Shown here: positions 9,562 through 18,103 of the stretch, one piece after another
How the letters are laid out: every line of letters starts with the position of its first letter
How positions within the stretch are numbered: the stretch's first letter is position 1
Origin: Planctomycetota bacterium
GTDB taxonomy: Bacteria > Planctomycetota > Phycisphaerae > UBA1845 > PWPN01
Reading direction: 5' to 3'
Length of the DNA: 64,000 nucleotides
Assembly: GCA_029550525.1 (NCBI GenBank)
Contig: JAKPHF010000046.1
Coordinates: forward strand, 97,476-161,475
Program-made: the position numbers and the translations under genes
Notes under the pieces: model-generated
The model's input: only the letters and a program-made list of their open reading frames with translations
What the model was told of the DNA's origin: nothing
The model's database searches: none

Positions 9562-10419
9562 TCAGGCTTCGGCGGGCTGAAGGGCCCGAAGCTTCTCGGC
9601 GAACTCATTGATGATGTAGTCGGGCGTGGAGGCGCCGGCGGTCACGCCTGCGACCTTGTGGCCGGCCACCATCTCGGGCCTGAACTGATCCCACGACTCC
9701 AGGTGATACGTGGGCAACCCGTGCTGCTCGCAAATCCGAGCCAGCTCGCGCGTGTTCGCGCTGTGCAGTCCGCCCAGAACGAACATCACGTCCACCTCGG
9801 CGCACAGCTCCGCCACCGCTTCCTGCCGCCGCACCACTTCGAGACACAAGGTGTTCACGACCTTGAGCTCGCGGAAGGGCCGGGCGGCGATGGCGCCGAT
9901 CATCCGGGCCACATGCTCGGGAGCGTGCGTGGTCTGGGCGACGATGCCGAGACGCTCGCGCCGCGGCAACAGCCGGTCGAGATCGGCTTCGCTGTCCACC
10001 ACGATGACATCCGGCGCATAGCCGATGACGCCGCGCACCTCGGGATGGTTGGCGTCGCCGATCATGACCACGCGGTAGCCTTCCTCGTGCAGTTGCTTGA
10101 CCACCGTCTGGGCGCGCTTCACCAGCACGCAGGTCGCGTCCACGATCTCCAACTGTTTCTCGGCCGCCCGAGCGTACGTGTCGGGGCCGGCGCCGTGCGA
10201 GCGGACGAGCACGGTCGTGCCGGGCGCCAACTGCTCCAGGTCACCCGACTGGTTCAAACCGGCCTTCTCCAGATCCTGGACGACCTGGGGGTTGTGAATG
10301 ACCGGCCCCAGCGCCACGACCTTGCCCGGCTCGTGCTCCCGAACGGTACGCTGGGCCAGTTCGATGGCGTCCTCGACGCCGAAACAAAATCCGCGTTTAC
10401 GTGCCAGCCTGACTTCCAT
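9562..10419 (-). CDS. ispH: 4-hydroxy-3-methylbut-2-enyl diphosphate reductase
   Basis: GFCFGV, IHNP, SHG, DATC, HPEV, QTT, NTLC, SANT, TAGASTP. Confidence 0.97.
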   Translation of the reverse strand: MEVRLARKRGFCFGVEDAIELAQRTVREHEPGKVVALGPVIHNPQVVQDLEKAGLNQSGDLEQLAPGTTVLVRSHGAGPDTYARAAEKQLEIVDATCVLVKRAQTVVKQLHEEGYRVVMIGDANHPEVRGVIGYAPDVIVVDSEADLDRLLPRRERLGIVAQTTHAPEHVARMIGAIAARPFRELKVVNTLCLEVVRRQEAVAELCAEVDVMFVLGGLHSANTRELARICEQHGLPTYHLESWDQFRPEMVAGHKVAGVTAGASTPDYIINEFAEKLRALQPAEA

Positions 10420-11137
10420 GGACTGATGGGGCCTCCGTTTCGAACCATTGTAGCCGGCGGGCCGGCACGCGACGATGCCAACGCGTCTGCATTTCGATGA
10501 TGCGGCGGCGGATCTCCTCGGTGAGTTCGTCGGGCGTCATGTCCGCGTATTCTTCCGCGGTGATGGGCTTGCCATACTCGATCACCACGTTGCCCAGGCC
10601 GGGAAACTTGCGATGGCGCGGCCACGCCCGCTCCATGCCGTCTATGAGCGTGGGCACGATCGGGGCCTTGACCTTTTTGGCCACCGTGGCCAGACCCGCG
10701 AACATGGGACCGATGCGCCCATCCCGCGAGCGCGTGCCTTCCGGAAACGCCGCCACCACGCGTCCTTCCTTGAGCCGCCGCATGGTCTCCTTGATGGCCA
10801 CCATGTCGGCCGTCCCCCGCTTGATCGGGTAGGCGTTCAAAAACACGATCAGCCGGCGAAACCACTTGTTCTCGAACAGCGTGTCGCGGGCCATGTAATT
10901 GCCCTCGCGATACAACGCCATGGTCACCAGCACCGGATCCATGAAGCTCTGGTGGTTACTGACCAGCAGCACGCCCCCCCGCGCGGGAAAATGGTGACGG
11001 CCGAACACCCGGGCCTTGAGCAGCAGCACGCAGGTCCATTGGCAGATCAGCCGGCAGAACCAGTAGGACAACCGCATCTCGGGCAGGACTGAACTCAGGA
11101 GGGACGGGCGAGAAGTCTGAAGAGAGTCCCCATTCAT
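10397..11137 (-). CDS. plsC: 1-acyl-sn-glycerol-3-phosphate acyltransferase
   Basis: SNHQSFMD (HX4D) and FPEGTRS. Lies in cmk-plsC-ispH order. Start could be about 60 nt downstream. Confidence 0.9.
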   Translation of the reverse strand: MNGDSLQTSRPSLLSSVLPEMRLSYWFCRLICQWTCVLLLKARVFGRHHFPARGGVLLVSNHQSFMDPVLVTMALYREGNYMARDTLFENKWFRRLIVFLNAYPIKRGTADMVAIKETMRRLKEGRVVAAFPEGTRSRDGRIGPMFAGLATVAKKVKAPIVPTLIDGMERAWPRHRKFPGLGNVVIEYGKPITAEEYADMTPDELTEEIRRRIIEMQTRWHRRVPARRLQWFETEAPSVHGSQAGT

Positions 11138-11195
11138 CGATTCATTTCACCTCGGATGTCTGACTCGCCGATTCGCACTGTTGACTTGACACTGC

Positions 11196-11876
11196 TCACT
11201 TCGCACTTTTCGCCCCGTGTTCCCTGCTTCTTACTACTTCCAGCATCCGTTCCACCACCTCGTGAATGCTCATCCGCGTGGTATCGATTACGACGGCTTC
11301 GCCCGACTCGAGCAACGGGGCCCACTGGGCGCGGTCGTTGTCGTCACGGCTGCGAATGTTTTCGAGCACCTTTTCGTAATCGACTTCCTCGCCCTCGGCC
11401 ACCATATCGATGTACCGCCGCTCAGCCCGCTTGGCGTCGTCGGCGTTCACCAGGAACTTCACGTCGGCGTCCGGGAACACCACGCTGCCCTGATCGCGCC
11501 CTTCGGTGACCAGGCTTCCCAACTGTCGGCCGATCTCCCGCTGCTTTTCCACCAGCACCTGTCGAACTCCCGGCACGCGCGAGATGAAACTCGTATGCTG
11601 GTTGACCCGCATGGAGCGGATGGCCTCACTGACGTCCTTGCCGTCCATGACCACCCGCACATGCGTGGGACCGCAATCGAGTTGAATCGAGGTCTGGCGA
11701 GCAAGTTCGACCAGCACGTCCGGATCATCCAACGGCGTGGCCGTCTCGAGCGCCTTGTACGTCAGCGCCCGGTACATCGCGCCGGTGTCCAGGTACGGAA
11801 TCTCCAACGCCGCCGCCAGCTTGCGGGCCGCGGTGGACTTCCCTGAACCGGCCGGACCGTCGATGGTGATGATCAT
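11196..11876 (-). CDS. cmk: Cytidylate kinase
   Basis: ITIDGPAGSGKST, LDTGAMYR, EGRDQGSVVFPDA. Confidence 0.96.
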   Translation of the reverse strand: MIITIDGPAGSGKSTAARKLAAALEIPYLDTGAMYRALTYKALETATPLDDPDVLVELARQTSIQLDCGPTHVRVVMDGKDVSEAIRSMRVNQHTSFISRVPGVRQVLVEKQREIGRQLGSLVTEGRDQGSVVFPDADVKFLVNADDAKRAERRYIDMVAEGEEVDYEKVLENIRSRDDNDRAQWAPLLESGEAVVIDTTRMSIHEVVERMLEVVRSREHGAKSAK

Positions 11877-11949
11877 GGTTCAGCACACTCCGTTGGCTGA
11901 GCATCGTGCACAGGCGGCAGTCTGAGGTGCTCGCTTTGTGGTGCACACT

Positions 11950-12059
11950 TTGTGGTGTACGCTTCCAGCGTGCACGTGTGCAGGCAGGATGCCTTCGCCA
12001 CAATACCTGCACGTTCAAGGCCCACCCTACGCATGAGGCGGGCAAGATGCTCGCCCCCC
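11950..12059. repeat. REP-like composite: family A doublet (11950-12003) plus family B palindrome (12036-12059)
   Basis: TTGTGGTGTACGCTTCCAGCGTGCAC...GCAGGCAGGATGCCTTCGCCACAA followed by AGGCGGGCAAGATGCTCGCCCCCC. Near-identical units recur at 32721, 47787 and 61250. Confidence 0.8.
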
Positions 12060-12089
12060 AAAGCCCCGTTCGAGCGTTGGCCTCCGCCG

Positions 12090-13607
12090 TCAGAGCACGT
12101 TCAACGACGTCCGCCGGTCGGCCTGCGTCACCACTTCGCCATGCAGCGTCAAGGCGGTGGCCGAGGTCACCCGGATGCGGACGAACTGCCCGATGAGCGT
12201 CTCGGGCCCGGTAAAGACGACGATTTCATCGCCTCGACTGCGGCCCGTCAACTGGTCGGAGCGCTTCCAGGACACTTCGTGACCGCGCGTCTGCTCCGCC
12301 TCCTGAGCCTTGATCGCGGCCTTGCTGTAGCCCTCGACGAGCACCTCGATCTCACGGCCGACCATTGCTTGATGATGAGCCAGACACATGCGCTTCTGCA
12401 ACGCGGCTAGCTCGGTGTGACGGCGTTGCTTGACGGCCTCGGGGACGTCGTCCGGCAGCCGACGGTCGGCAACCGTGCCCGGCCTCTCCGAGTACTTGAA
12501 CATGTAAATGTTCTTGTACCGCGTGCGCTCCACCAGCGCGAGCGTCTGCTCGTGATCGGCCTCGGTCTCGCCGCAGAACCCCACGATGAAATCGCCCGCC
12601 AGCGAGATCCCCGGCACAACCTCTCGGGCGCGGGCCAGGAGCTCTTCGTATTGCTCGACCGTGTACTGCCGCTTCATGCGCTTCAGCACCTCGTTCGAGC
12701 CACTCTGGGCGGGAATGTGCAGGTACTCGCAGACCTTGGGCAGGTCGCGCATTGCCTGCAGGATGTCGTCGGTGAAGTCGCCGGGATAGCTGGTGACGAA
12801 GCGAATGCGTTCGATCCCCCCCACATCGTGCACGAGCTCCAGCAGGTCGGCGAAGTTCACGAGCTTGCCCGACTCGTCGCGGTACTTGTAGCTGTTGACC
12901 GTCTGACCGAGCAGCGTGATTTCCTTGGCGCCCAGGTCGGCCAGCTTGCGGATCTCCTGCACGATGTGCTCGGGCGGACGGCTGCGCTCCGGCCCCCGCG
13001 TGAAGGGCACCACGCAGAACGTGCAGAACTTGTCGCAGCCGCGCTGCACGCGCACGTACGACTGCAGGACACGTCCGTCGGGCGGCACGTCGCGCGACAG
13101 GTCCAATGCTTCGATGCTGTCGAACAGCTTGGTACGTTCGGCCGCCGGCGTTCGCCGCGAATGATTCCGCTCCAGCGCGACAGCCAGTCGGTGCGCGTTA
13201 CCGTCACCCCGCAGCCGCCCGCCCGCACGGCTGGCTTCCGCAGCCTCCCGAGCTTCGAGGACCTCGGCCAGCAGACTGGGGATCTCGTTGAGATTCCCCG
13301 GCCCGCAGAGCAGATCGACGTGCGGCGCCTTGGTCTGGATACCGTCGTGGTCGCGTTCGGCCATGCAACCGATGACGCCCACCACCATGTCCGGCCGGCG
13401 CTTCTTGAGCTTGGCCACCTCGCCCAGCCGGCTGTAGACCTTGTCCTCGGCATGCTGGCGAACGCTGCACGTGTTGAACAGCACGAGGTCGGCCGTCCGC
13501 ACATCGTCGGTCGGCTGATAGCCCATACTCGAAAGCTGCCCGAGAACCAGCTCGCTGTCGAGCACGTTCATCTGGCAGCCAAAAGTTTCCAGATAGACGG
13601 ATTTCAT
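12090..13607 (-). CDS. miaB: tRNA-2-methylthio-N6-dimethylallyladenosine synthase
   Basis: ETFGCQMNVLDSE, NTCSVR, radical SAM CDKFCTFC, C-terminal TRAM domain. Confidence 0.95.
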   Translation of the reverse strand: MKSVYLETFGCQMNVLDSELVLGQLSSMGYQPTDDVRTADLVLFNTCSVRQHAEDKVYSRLGEVAKLKKRRPDMVVGVIGCMAERDHDGIQTKAPHVDLLCGPGNLNEIPSLLAEVLEAREAAEASRAGGRLRGDGNAHRLAVALERNHSRRTPAAERTKLFDSIEALDLSRDVPPDGRVLQSYVRVQRGCDKFCTFCVVPFTRGPERSRPPEHIVQEIRKLADLGAKEITLLGQTVNSYKYRDESGKLVNFADLLELVHDVGGIERIRFVTSYPGDFTDDILQAMRDLPKVCEYLHIPAQSGSNEVLKRMKRQYTVEQYEELLARAREVVPGISLAGDFIVGFCGETEADHEQTLALVERTRYKNIYMFKYSERPGTVADRRLPDDVPEAVKQRRHTELAALQKRMCLAHHQAMVGREIEVLVEGYSKAAIKAQEAEQTRGHEVSWKRSDQLTGRSRGDEIVVFTGPETLIGQFVRIRVTSATALTLHGEVVTQADRRTSLNVL

Positions 13608-13889
13608 CTGCAAATGCCTATCGCTCCGAAGCTTAGCGGAACACAAACGCCGTCGGCCCTGTCTGATTGTAAAGAATCAGCCCCCCCGGAGCAACGCGGC
13701 GGCCCATCCACCGCCCTTGCCCCTCCTGCCCCGCGGGCTCCGCATTCGACATGCATACAAGAAAAGGCTTCCGCCATCCCGCCATCCAGACAGCGGTTGG
13801 AAGGCAAGCTTCTGGTGTATTAGTATGCTCCGGCGATACTGGAAAGGACTGCCCGCGGGTCACACCGACCGACGTAGATAAGATACATC

Positions 13890-15062
13890 ATGAGCGACCA
13901 CCAACCACCCCCCATGCCGCCGTTCGTCGAGACGCCGCCTCGCCGCCAGCCCCCGCCGCCGCGTTCTCACACGCCGCTGCTGCTGGCCATTCTGCTGGGT
14001 TTGATCGTGGGCTGGGCGATGTATCGACTGGCGGACGACTGGATGGCTCGCAAGGCTGCCGTGCCTCGCGTGGTCACGCCGCGTGGCGAGCTGGCCGCCG
14101 ACGAGGCCGCCACCATCGCCATCTTCGAGAACGCCTCGCCGTCGGTGGTGTTCATTACCAGCGTCGCCCTTCAGAGCCGGTTTTTCGGCCTGGACGTCAC
14201 GCGGATTCCCCAAGGCACGGGCTCGGGCTTCGTGTGGGATCAACAAGGCCATATCGTCACGAATTACCACGTGGTTGCCGGCGCGGCCAACGGTCCCGTG
14301 ACCTTCGAAGTCGCGCTCGCCGACGGCACCACCTCGCGAGGCGAGGTCATCGGCGTCTCGCCGGAGAACGACCTGGCCGTCTTGCGAATCTCCGTGCCGG
14401 CCAGCAAGCTGCGGCCCATTCCCATCGGCACGTCGGCCGATCTGCAGGTCGGCCAGAAGGTATTCGCCATCGGTAACCCCTTCGGCCTCGACCAGACGCT
14501 CACCACTGGCATCGTCAGCGCGCTGGGACGTCAAATCCCCTCGCTCAACAACCGCGTCATCAAGGACGTGATTCAGACCGATGCCGCCATTAACCCCGGC
14601 AACTCCGGCGGGCCGCTGCTCGACAGCGCGGGCCGGCTGATCGGCGTGAACACCGCCATCTACAGCCCCAGCGGCGCCAGCGCGGGCATCGGCTTCGCCA
14701 TCCCCGTGGATACCGTCAACCGCGTTGTGCCCGAGTTGATCGCTCACGGCCGCGTGGTTCGCCCACAGATGGGCGTCGCCCTGGCTCACGACAGCCTCGC
14801 CCGGCGACTCGGCATCAAAGGCGTGCTCATCATCCACGTCGAGGAGGGCTCGCCGGCGCAGCGCGCCGGCCTCATCGGCACACGGCAGGACGCCCGCGGA
14901 CGCTGGATCCTCGGCGACATCATCACCGCCATCGACGATACGCCGGTCGACACGGTCGCCGATCTGCTCACCGCCGTCGGCGAACACAAGGCCGGCGACA
15001 CCGTGCGCCTGACCATCCAACGCGGCGACCGCCGCGGCACGGTCGAGGTCACGCTCGAATAG
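13890..15062 (+). CDS. HtrA/DegS-type serine protease (TM anchor, trypsin domain, one PDZ)
   Basis: GTGSGFV, TNYHVV, NDLAVL, IQTDAAINPGNSGGPL, C-terminal PDZ. Confidence 0.95.
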   Translation: MSDHQPPPMPPFVETPPRRQPPPPRSHTPLLLAILLGLIVGWAMYRLADDWMARKAAVPRVVTPRGELAADEAATIAIFENASPSVVFITSVALQSRFFGLDVTRIPQGTGSGFVWDQQGHIVTNYHVVAGAANGPVTFEVALADGTTSRGEVIGVSPENDLAVLRISVPASKLRPIPIGTSADLQVGQKVFAIGNPFGLDQTLTTGIVSALGRQIPSLNNRVIKDVIQTDAAINPGNSGGPLLDSAGRLIGVNTAIYSPSGASAGIGFAIPVDTVNRVVPELIAHGRVVRPQMGVALAHDSLARRLGIKGVLIIHVEEGSPAQRAGLIGTRQDARGRWILGDIITAIDDTPVDTVADLLTAVGEHKAGDTVRLTIQRGDRRGTVEVTLE

Positions 15063-15460
15063 CCCGCCGGCTTCGCCTGGCACCACACCCCGCGAGCGTC
15101 AAGAGCGTGCTGACCTGCGACTTTGGGAGGCGGGCACCTTGCCCGCCTGTTCCCTGCAGAATCCCGGCCCGCGCCGTGCGCCGTTCTCCCATCTGCCTCA
15201 ATCCACAGAGAACCGTTTCTCTGCTACCTCCGTTCCCTCCTGTCAGCCACTTCCGCGATGCATTCATTCGCATCACCCGCTCCCGATTGACGGGGCGGGT
15301 TGAATATGTCAAACTGAGCTTGCCCTGGCATGCCCGCCCGGGCGAGGCCGCCCGCGGCAAACGCGCCGGTGGCGCCCCCCAAGGGGGGCACCGGGGCTGG
15401 CTCAGCCGAGCAGGCTCGTTCGGACGTTGTCCGGGGCAAGCGCAAGATCGTCAAGACGTT

Positions 15461-15534
15461 GCACCCGTAGCTCAATTGGACAGAGCATCGGTCTTCGGAA
15501 CCGAGGGTTGGGGGTTCGAATCCCTCCGGGTGTA
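15461..15534 (+). tRNA. tRNA-Arg, anticodon UCG (CCA not encoded)
   Basis: Acceptor stem GCACCCG/CGGGTGT, D-arm GCTC..GAGC, anticodon stem TCGGT/ACCGA with loop CT-TCG-GA, T-loop GGTTCGAATCC. Confidence 0.95.
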
Positions 15535-15784
15535 GTTTCCTTGGAAGAAAGCTGTGAGCTGTGGGCTGTGGGCCGGACAGGCCGACGGTTGGGCAACCCC
15601 AGCCCCCCGTTCGATCGTGCGCAGATGACGGTCAGCCCCGAACAAGGCGCCCCCTCTGCGATCCGTGGACAATGCAGCCCTCCGACATGACGGCTCACGA
15701 CATACACCGTTTTCCGCTGCCATGGCTTGTCTGTCACCCCTGCCGGGGCTCCTTCCCATGATGGTGGGGTCGGGTGGCACGCTT

Positions 15785-15911
15785 GCCGACCGGGGGTTTA
15801 CGCCGCCCGGTGAGTGACTACTGCCCCTTGCGGGGCAGAAGAATGGGTAGCGCGGTCGCCGACCGGGGGCGGTACGGCTAGTGGCTGCCGCCCCTTACGG
15901 GGGCAGAAGAA
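15785..15911. repeat. Two degenerate direct copies of a third REP-like unit (family C)
   Basis: GCCGACCGGGGG...GCCCCTTRCGGGG(G)CAGAAGAA at 15785-15843 and 15858-15911, each with a GCCCC/GGGGC hairpin. Confidence 0.6.
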
Positions 15912-16012
15912 CGGCTACAGAAGACGCGGGCGCGTCCGGACTCGTTCGTACTCGTTGGCTCGGCTCGTGAGCCGCCGACGGTCGATGCCCGCCCCTCGCG
16001 CTTCGCGCAACG

Positions 16013-16040
16013 AAAAGGGGCGGATCGAGTGACCCGCCCC
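16013..16040 (-). terminator. Intrinsic terminator after the DUF2617 gene
   Basis: Minus strand GGGGCGGGTC-ACTC-GATCCGCCCC-TTTT, about 30 nt after the stop codon. Confidence 0.7.
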
Positions 16041-16069
16041 GGATGCGTGTTCGTGATAACCGCTGAGCC

Positions 16070-16684
16070 TTACAGCGCTCGGCGCTGTCCGTTGCGCCGG
16101 ATGGGCGCCAGTCGTCCGCCGACTTCCACGATCGACTGCGTCTTGATGATCGTGTAGTCCGCCGGGAAGGAGTGGAACGCCTGCACGTGGAACTCGCGAT
16201 CCCGAGCTTCAAAGTCGATGAAGCTGAACGGGACGAGCTCGTTCTCGCCAGCCCACTCGTTGAACGTGACCAGGATGCCCCGGTTGCTGCCGTAGTTCAG
16301 CAAGTCCCGGTGCGAAGCGTGGAACAGGTTCTGGTTCATCCGCTCGACCTGGGTCGAAAGGATGTACCGCATCCCGTCATCGAACTCTTCCATGTGGTCG
16401 CGCTCGCCGCGGAACTGGAAGTGAGTGACCAACCCGTTCTGCGGCAGGACTTCCAAGTCGTCCGTGGTGACCTCGGCGACGCAGCGGCCGGCGGACTGAA
16501 CCGTCAGCACATGCGACAAGCCGATCACCCAGATGTCGGCCTGGTAGGAAGCGCGTTCAATGTGGCGACTGTGGTGAATCCGGAAAAGCTCCGGATGCAG
16601 CGGCCGATGATACAAAGCGAACTTCAGGTCCGCCACACGCTGCAAACTCTCACCTAGTTCCAGTCCCGGTTCCTCAGATGACAT
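16070..16684 (-). CDS. DUF2617-like hypothetical protein
   Basis: LYHRPLHPELF N-terminal motif and FHSFP...IIKTQS C-terminal motif. Alternative GTG start at 16699. Confidence 0.7.
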   Translation of the reverse strand: MSSEEPGLELGESLQRVADLKFALYHRPLHPELFRIHHSRHIERASYQADIWVIGLSHVLTVQSAGRCVAEVTTDDLEVLPQNGLVTHFQFRGERDHMEEFDDGMRYILSTQVERMNQNLFHASHRDLLNYGSNRGILVTFNEWAGENELVPFSFIDFEARDREFHVQAFHSFPADYTIIKTQSIVEVGGRLAPIRRNGQRRAL

Positions 16685-16729
16685 AACAAAACTCTCCACA
16701 AAACCGACGAGCCTCTCCTCGCCGGTGTT

Positions 16730-16882
16730 AAAAAAAAGCCAGGGTAATAAACCCGGTACTCAATGCGTCGCTTGAGGTACCGCACCCGGGAGGCTGCTCT
16801 GTGCCGCCAAAAACGAATCAGCAACCACCACCACGGCGGCTACTCCCTCCAGGTAGGCGGGGGGGTGGGACGAACGCTTAAG
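16730..16882 (-). ncRNA. Candidate structured small RNA (6S-like rod) or attenuator leader
   Basis: The 5' end CTTAAGCGTTCGT pairs with GCGACGCATTGAG. Inner stems CCGC/GCGG, CCTGGAGG/CCTCCCGGG and GCCGCC/GGCGGC. Ends in a CCGGGT..ACCCTGG hairpin plus T8. A promoter lies directly upstream. Confidence 0.55.
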
Positions 16883-16887
16883 CGGTG

Positions 16888-16916
16888 ATTATACTAATCG
16901 GCTCAAGCCCCACCAA
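16888..16916 (-). promoter_or_regulatory. Sigma70-type promoter
   Basis: Minus strand TTGGTG (16916-16911), a 17-nt spacer, then TATAAT (16893-16888). An AT-rich UP-like stretch lies upstream. Confidence 0.7.
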
Positions 16917-17008
16917 GGAAAATCTTTGAAATTTCGCGCCCGGCAGCCAAAAAACTCAGGTTTTGTGCGTACTACGCTTCAACCGCTCCGAAAGTTTTTG
17001 CAGGGAAG

Positions 17009-18010
17009 GTGATTTGGCGTCACCTCCTGTCTTTTTGTACACTCGGGCTCTCGCCCGAGACGCACGGAAGGGACGTGTTCGTGGGTGGAGAAGCGAAAAA
17101 TCTCGAAGCAGGGCCGTCGGAGTCTGCCGGCGCCGGGAGGCGGCGGCTGATCACCCGCCGGCGCGTGCTGGGGAGCATGCTGGGCTCGGCCGGCCTGGCC
17201 GTTGGCGGCGCGGGCTATGCCTACGGGATCGAGCCGGTCTGGCCCGCTGTCACTCGTCTGCAGATGCCTCTGGCGAACCTTGGGCCGGAGTTCGAAGGCG
17301 CCCGCCTTATCCAGATCAGCGATCTTCACGTCGGCTCGTCCGTCCCCCTCGACTACCTGCAAAAGTGGATAGACTGGATTGCCGGCCAGCAGACCGACTG
17401 GGTCGTGGTCACCGGCGATCTGGTCCACTATTCGCACCACTTGGCCGTGGGTCCCATGGCCCGGCTAGTCAGCCGGCTGCGGGCCCGGGAGGCGGTCCTG
17501 ACCAGCCTGGGCAATCATGAGTACGGCGCCTGTCGGCCGGGCGGCGGGATGGCTGGTCTGGCCCAACGGGCGGTCAACGCGCTGGCCGGCGAAGGGGTAC
17601 GAGCGCTTCGGAACGAGGTGGTCACATTCCGCCGGGGCAGATCGGAACTGCACATCGTCGGCATGGACGACCTGTGGGGCGAGCAGTACCGGCCCGACGT
17701 CGCCTTCGCCGCCCTGCCGTCCACCGCTCCCACCATCGTGCTGTCGCACAATCCGGATACGTTCGTGGACCTGCTCGATCGGCCGTTCGACTGGATGCTG
17801 TCCGGTCACACGCACGGCGGCCAAGTGAACATCCCCTTATTCGGCCCGCCGGTGCTGCCAGTACGTCACCGCCAATTCGCTGCCGGACATTCGTCGCTGG
17901 CCGGCAAGAACCTGTACGTCAACCGAGGATTGGGATGGGTGATGCGAGTCCGGTTCAATGCCCGGCCGGAGGTGACGATCTTCACACTGACGCGAGCCTC
18001 GACAACGTGA
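17009..18010 (+). CDS. YkuE-like metallophosphoesterase with twin-arginine leader
   Basis: SDLH, TGD, GNHE, SHNPD, GHTHGGQ, and leader LITRRRVLG...YAYGIEP. Start uncertain. Confidence 0.9.
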   Translation: MIWRHLLSFCTLGLSPETHGRDVFVGGEAKNLEAGPSESAGAGRRRLITRRRVLGSMLGSAGLAVGGAGYAYGIEPVWPAVTRLQMPLANLGPEFEGARLIQISDLHVGSSVPLDYLQKWIDWIAGQQTDWVVVTGDLVHYSHHLAVGPMARLVSRLRAREAVLTSLGNHEYGACRPGGGMAGLAQRAVNALAGEGVRALRNEVVTFRRGRSELHIVGMDDLWGEQYRPDVAFAALPSTAPTIVLSHNPDTFVDLLDRPFDWMLSGHTHGGQVNIPLFGPPVLPVRHRQFAAGHSSLAGKNLYVNRGLGWVMRVRFNARPEVTIFTLTRASTT

Positions 18011-18103
18011 CGCTTCGCCACGGTGAACCCGCAGAACGGAGCGCAGGCTCCCAGAAGTGAGTCAAGAGGCGGGCGAGACACCCGCCCCCCGAGCGTAACG
18101 GCA

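Noticed and set aside
15535-16060. Integrated element at the tRNA 3' end
   Set aside because: No integrase and no duplicated tRNA 3' end seen in the window. Only short repeats are present.
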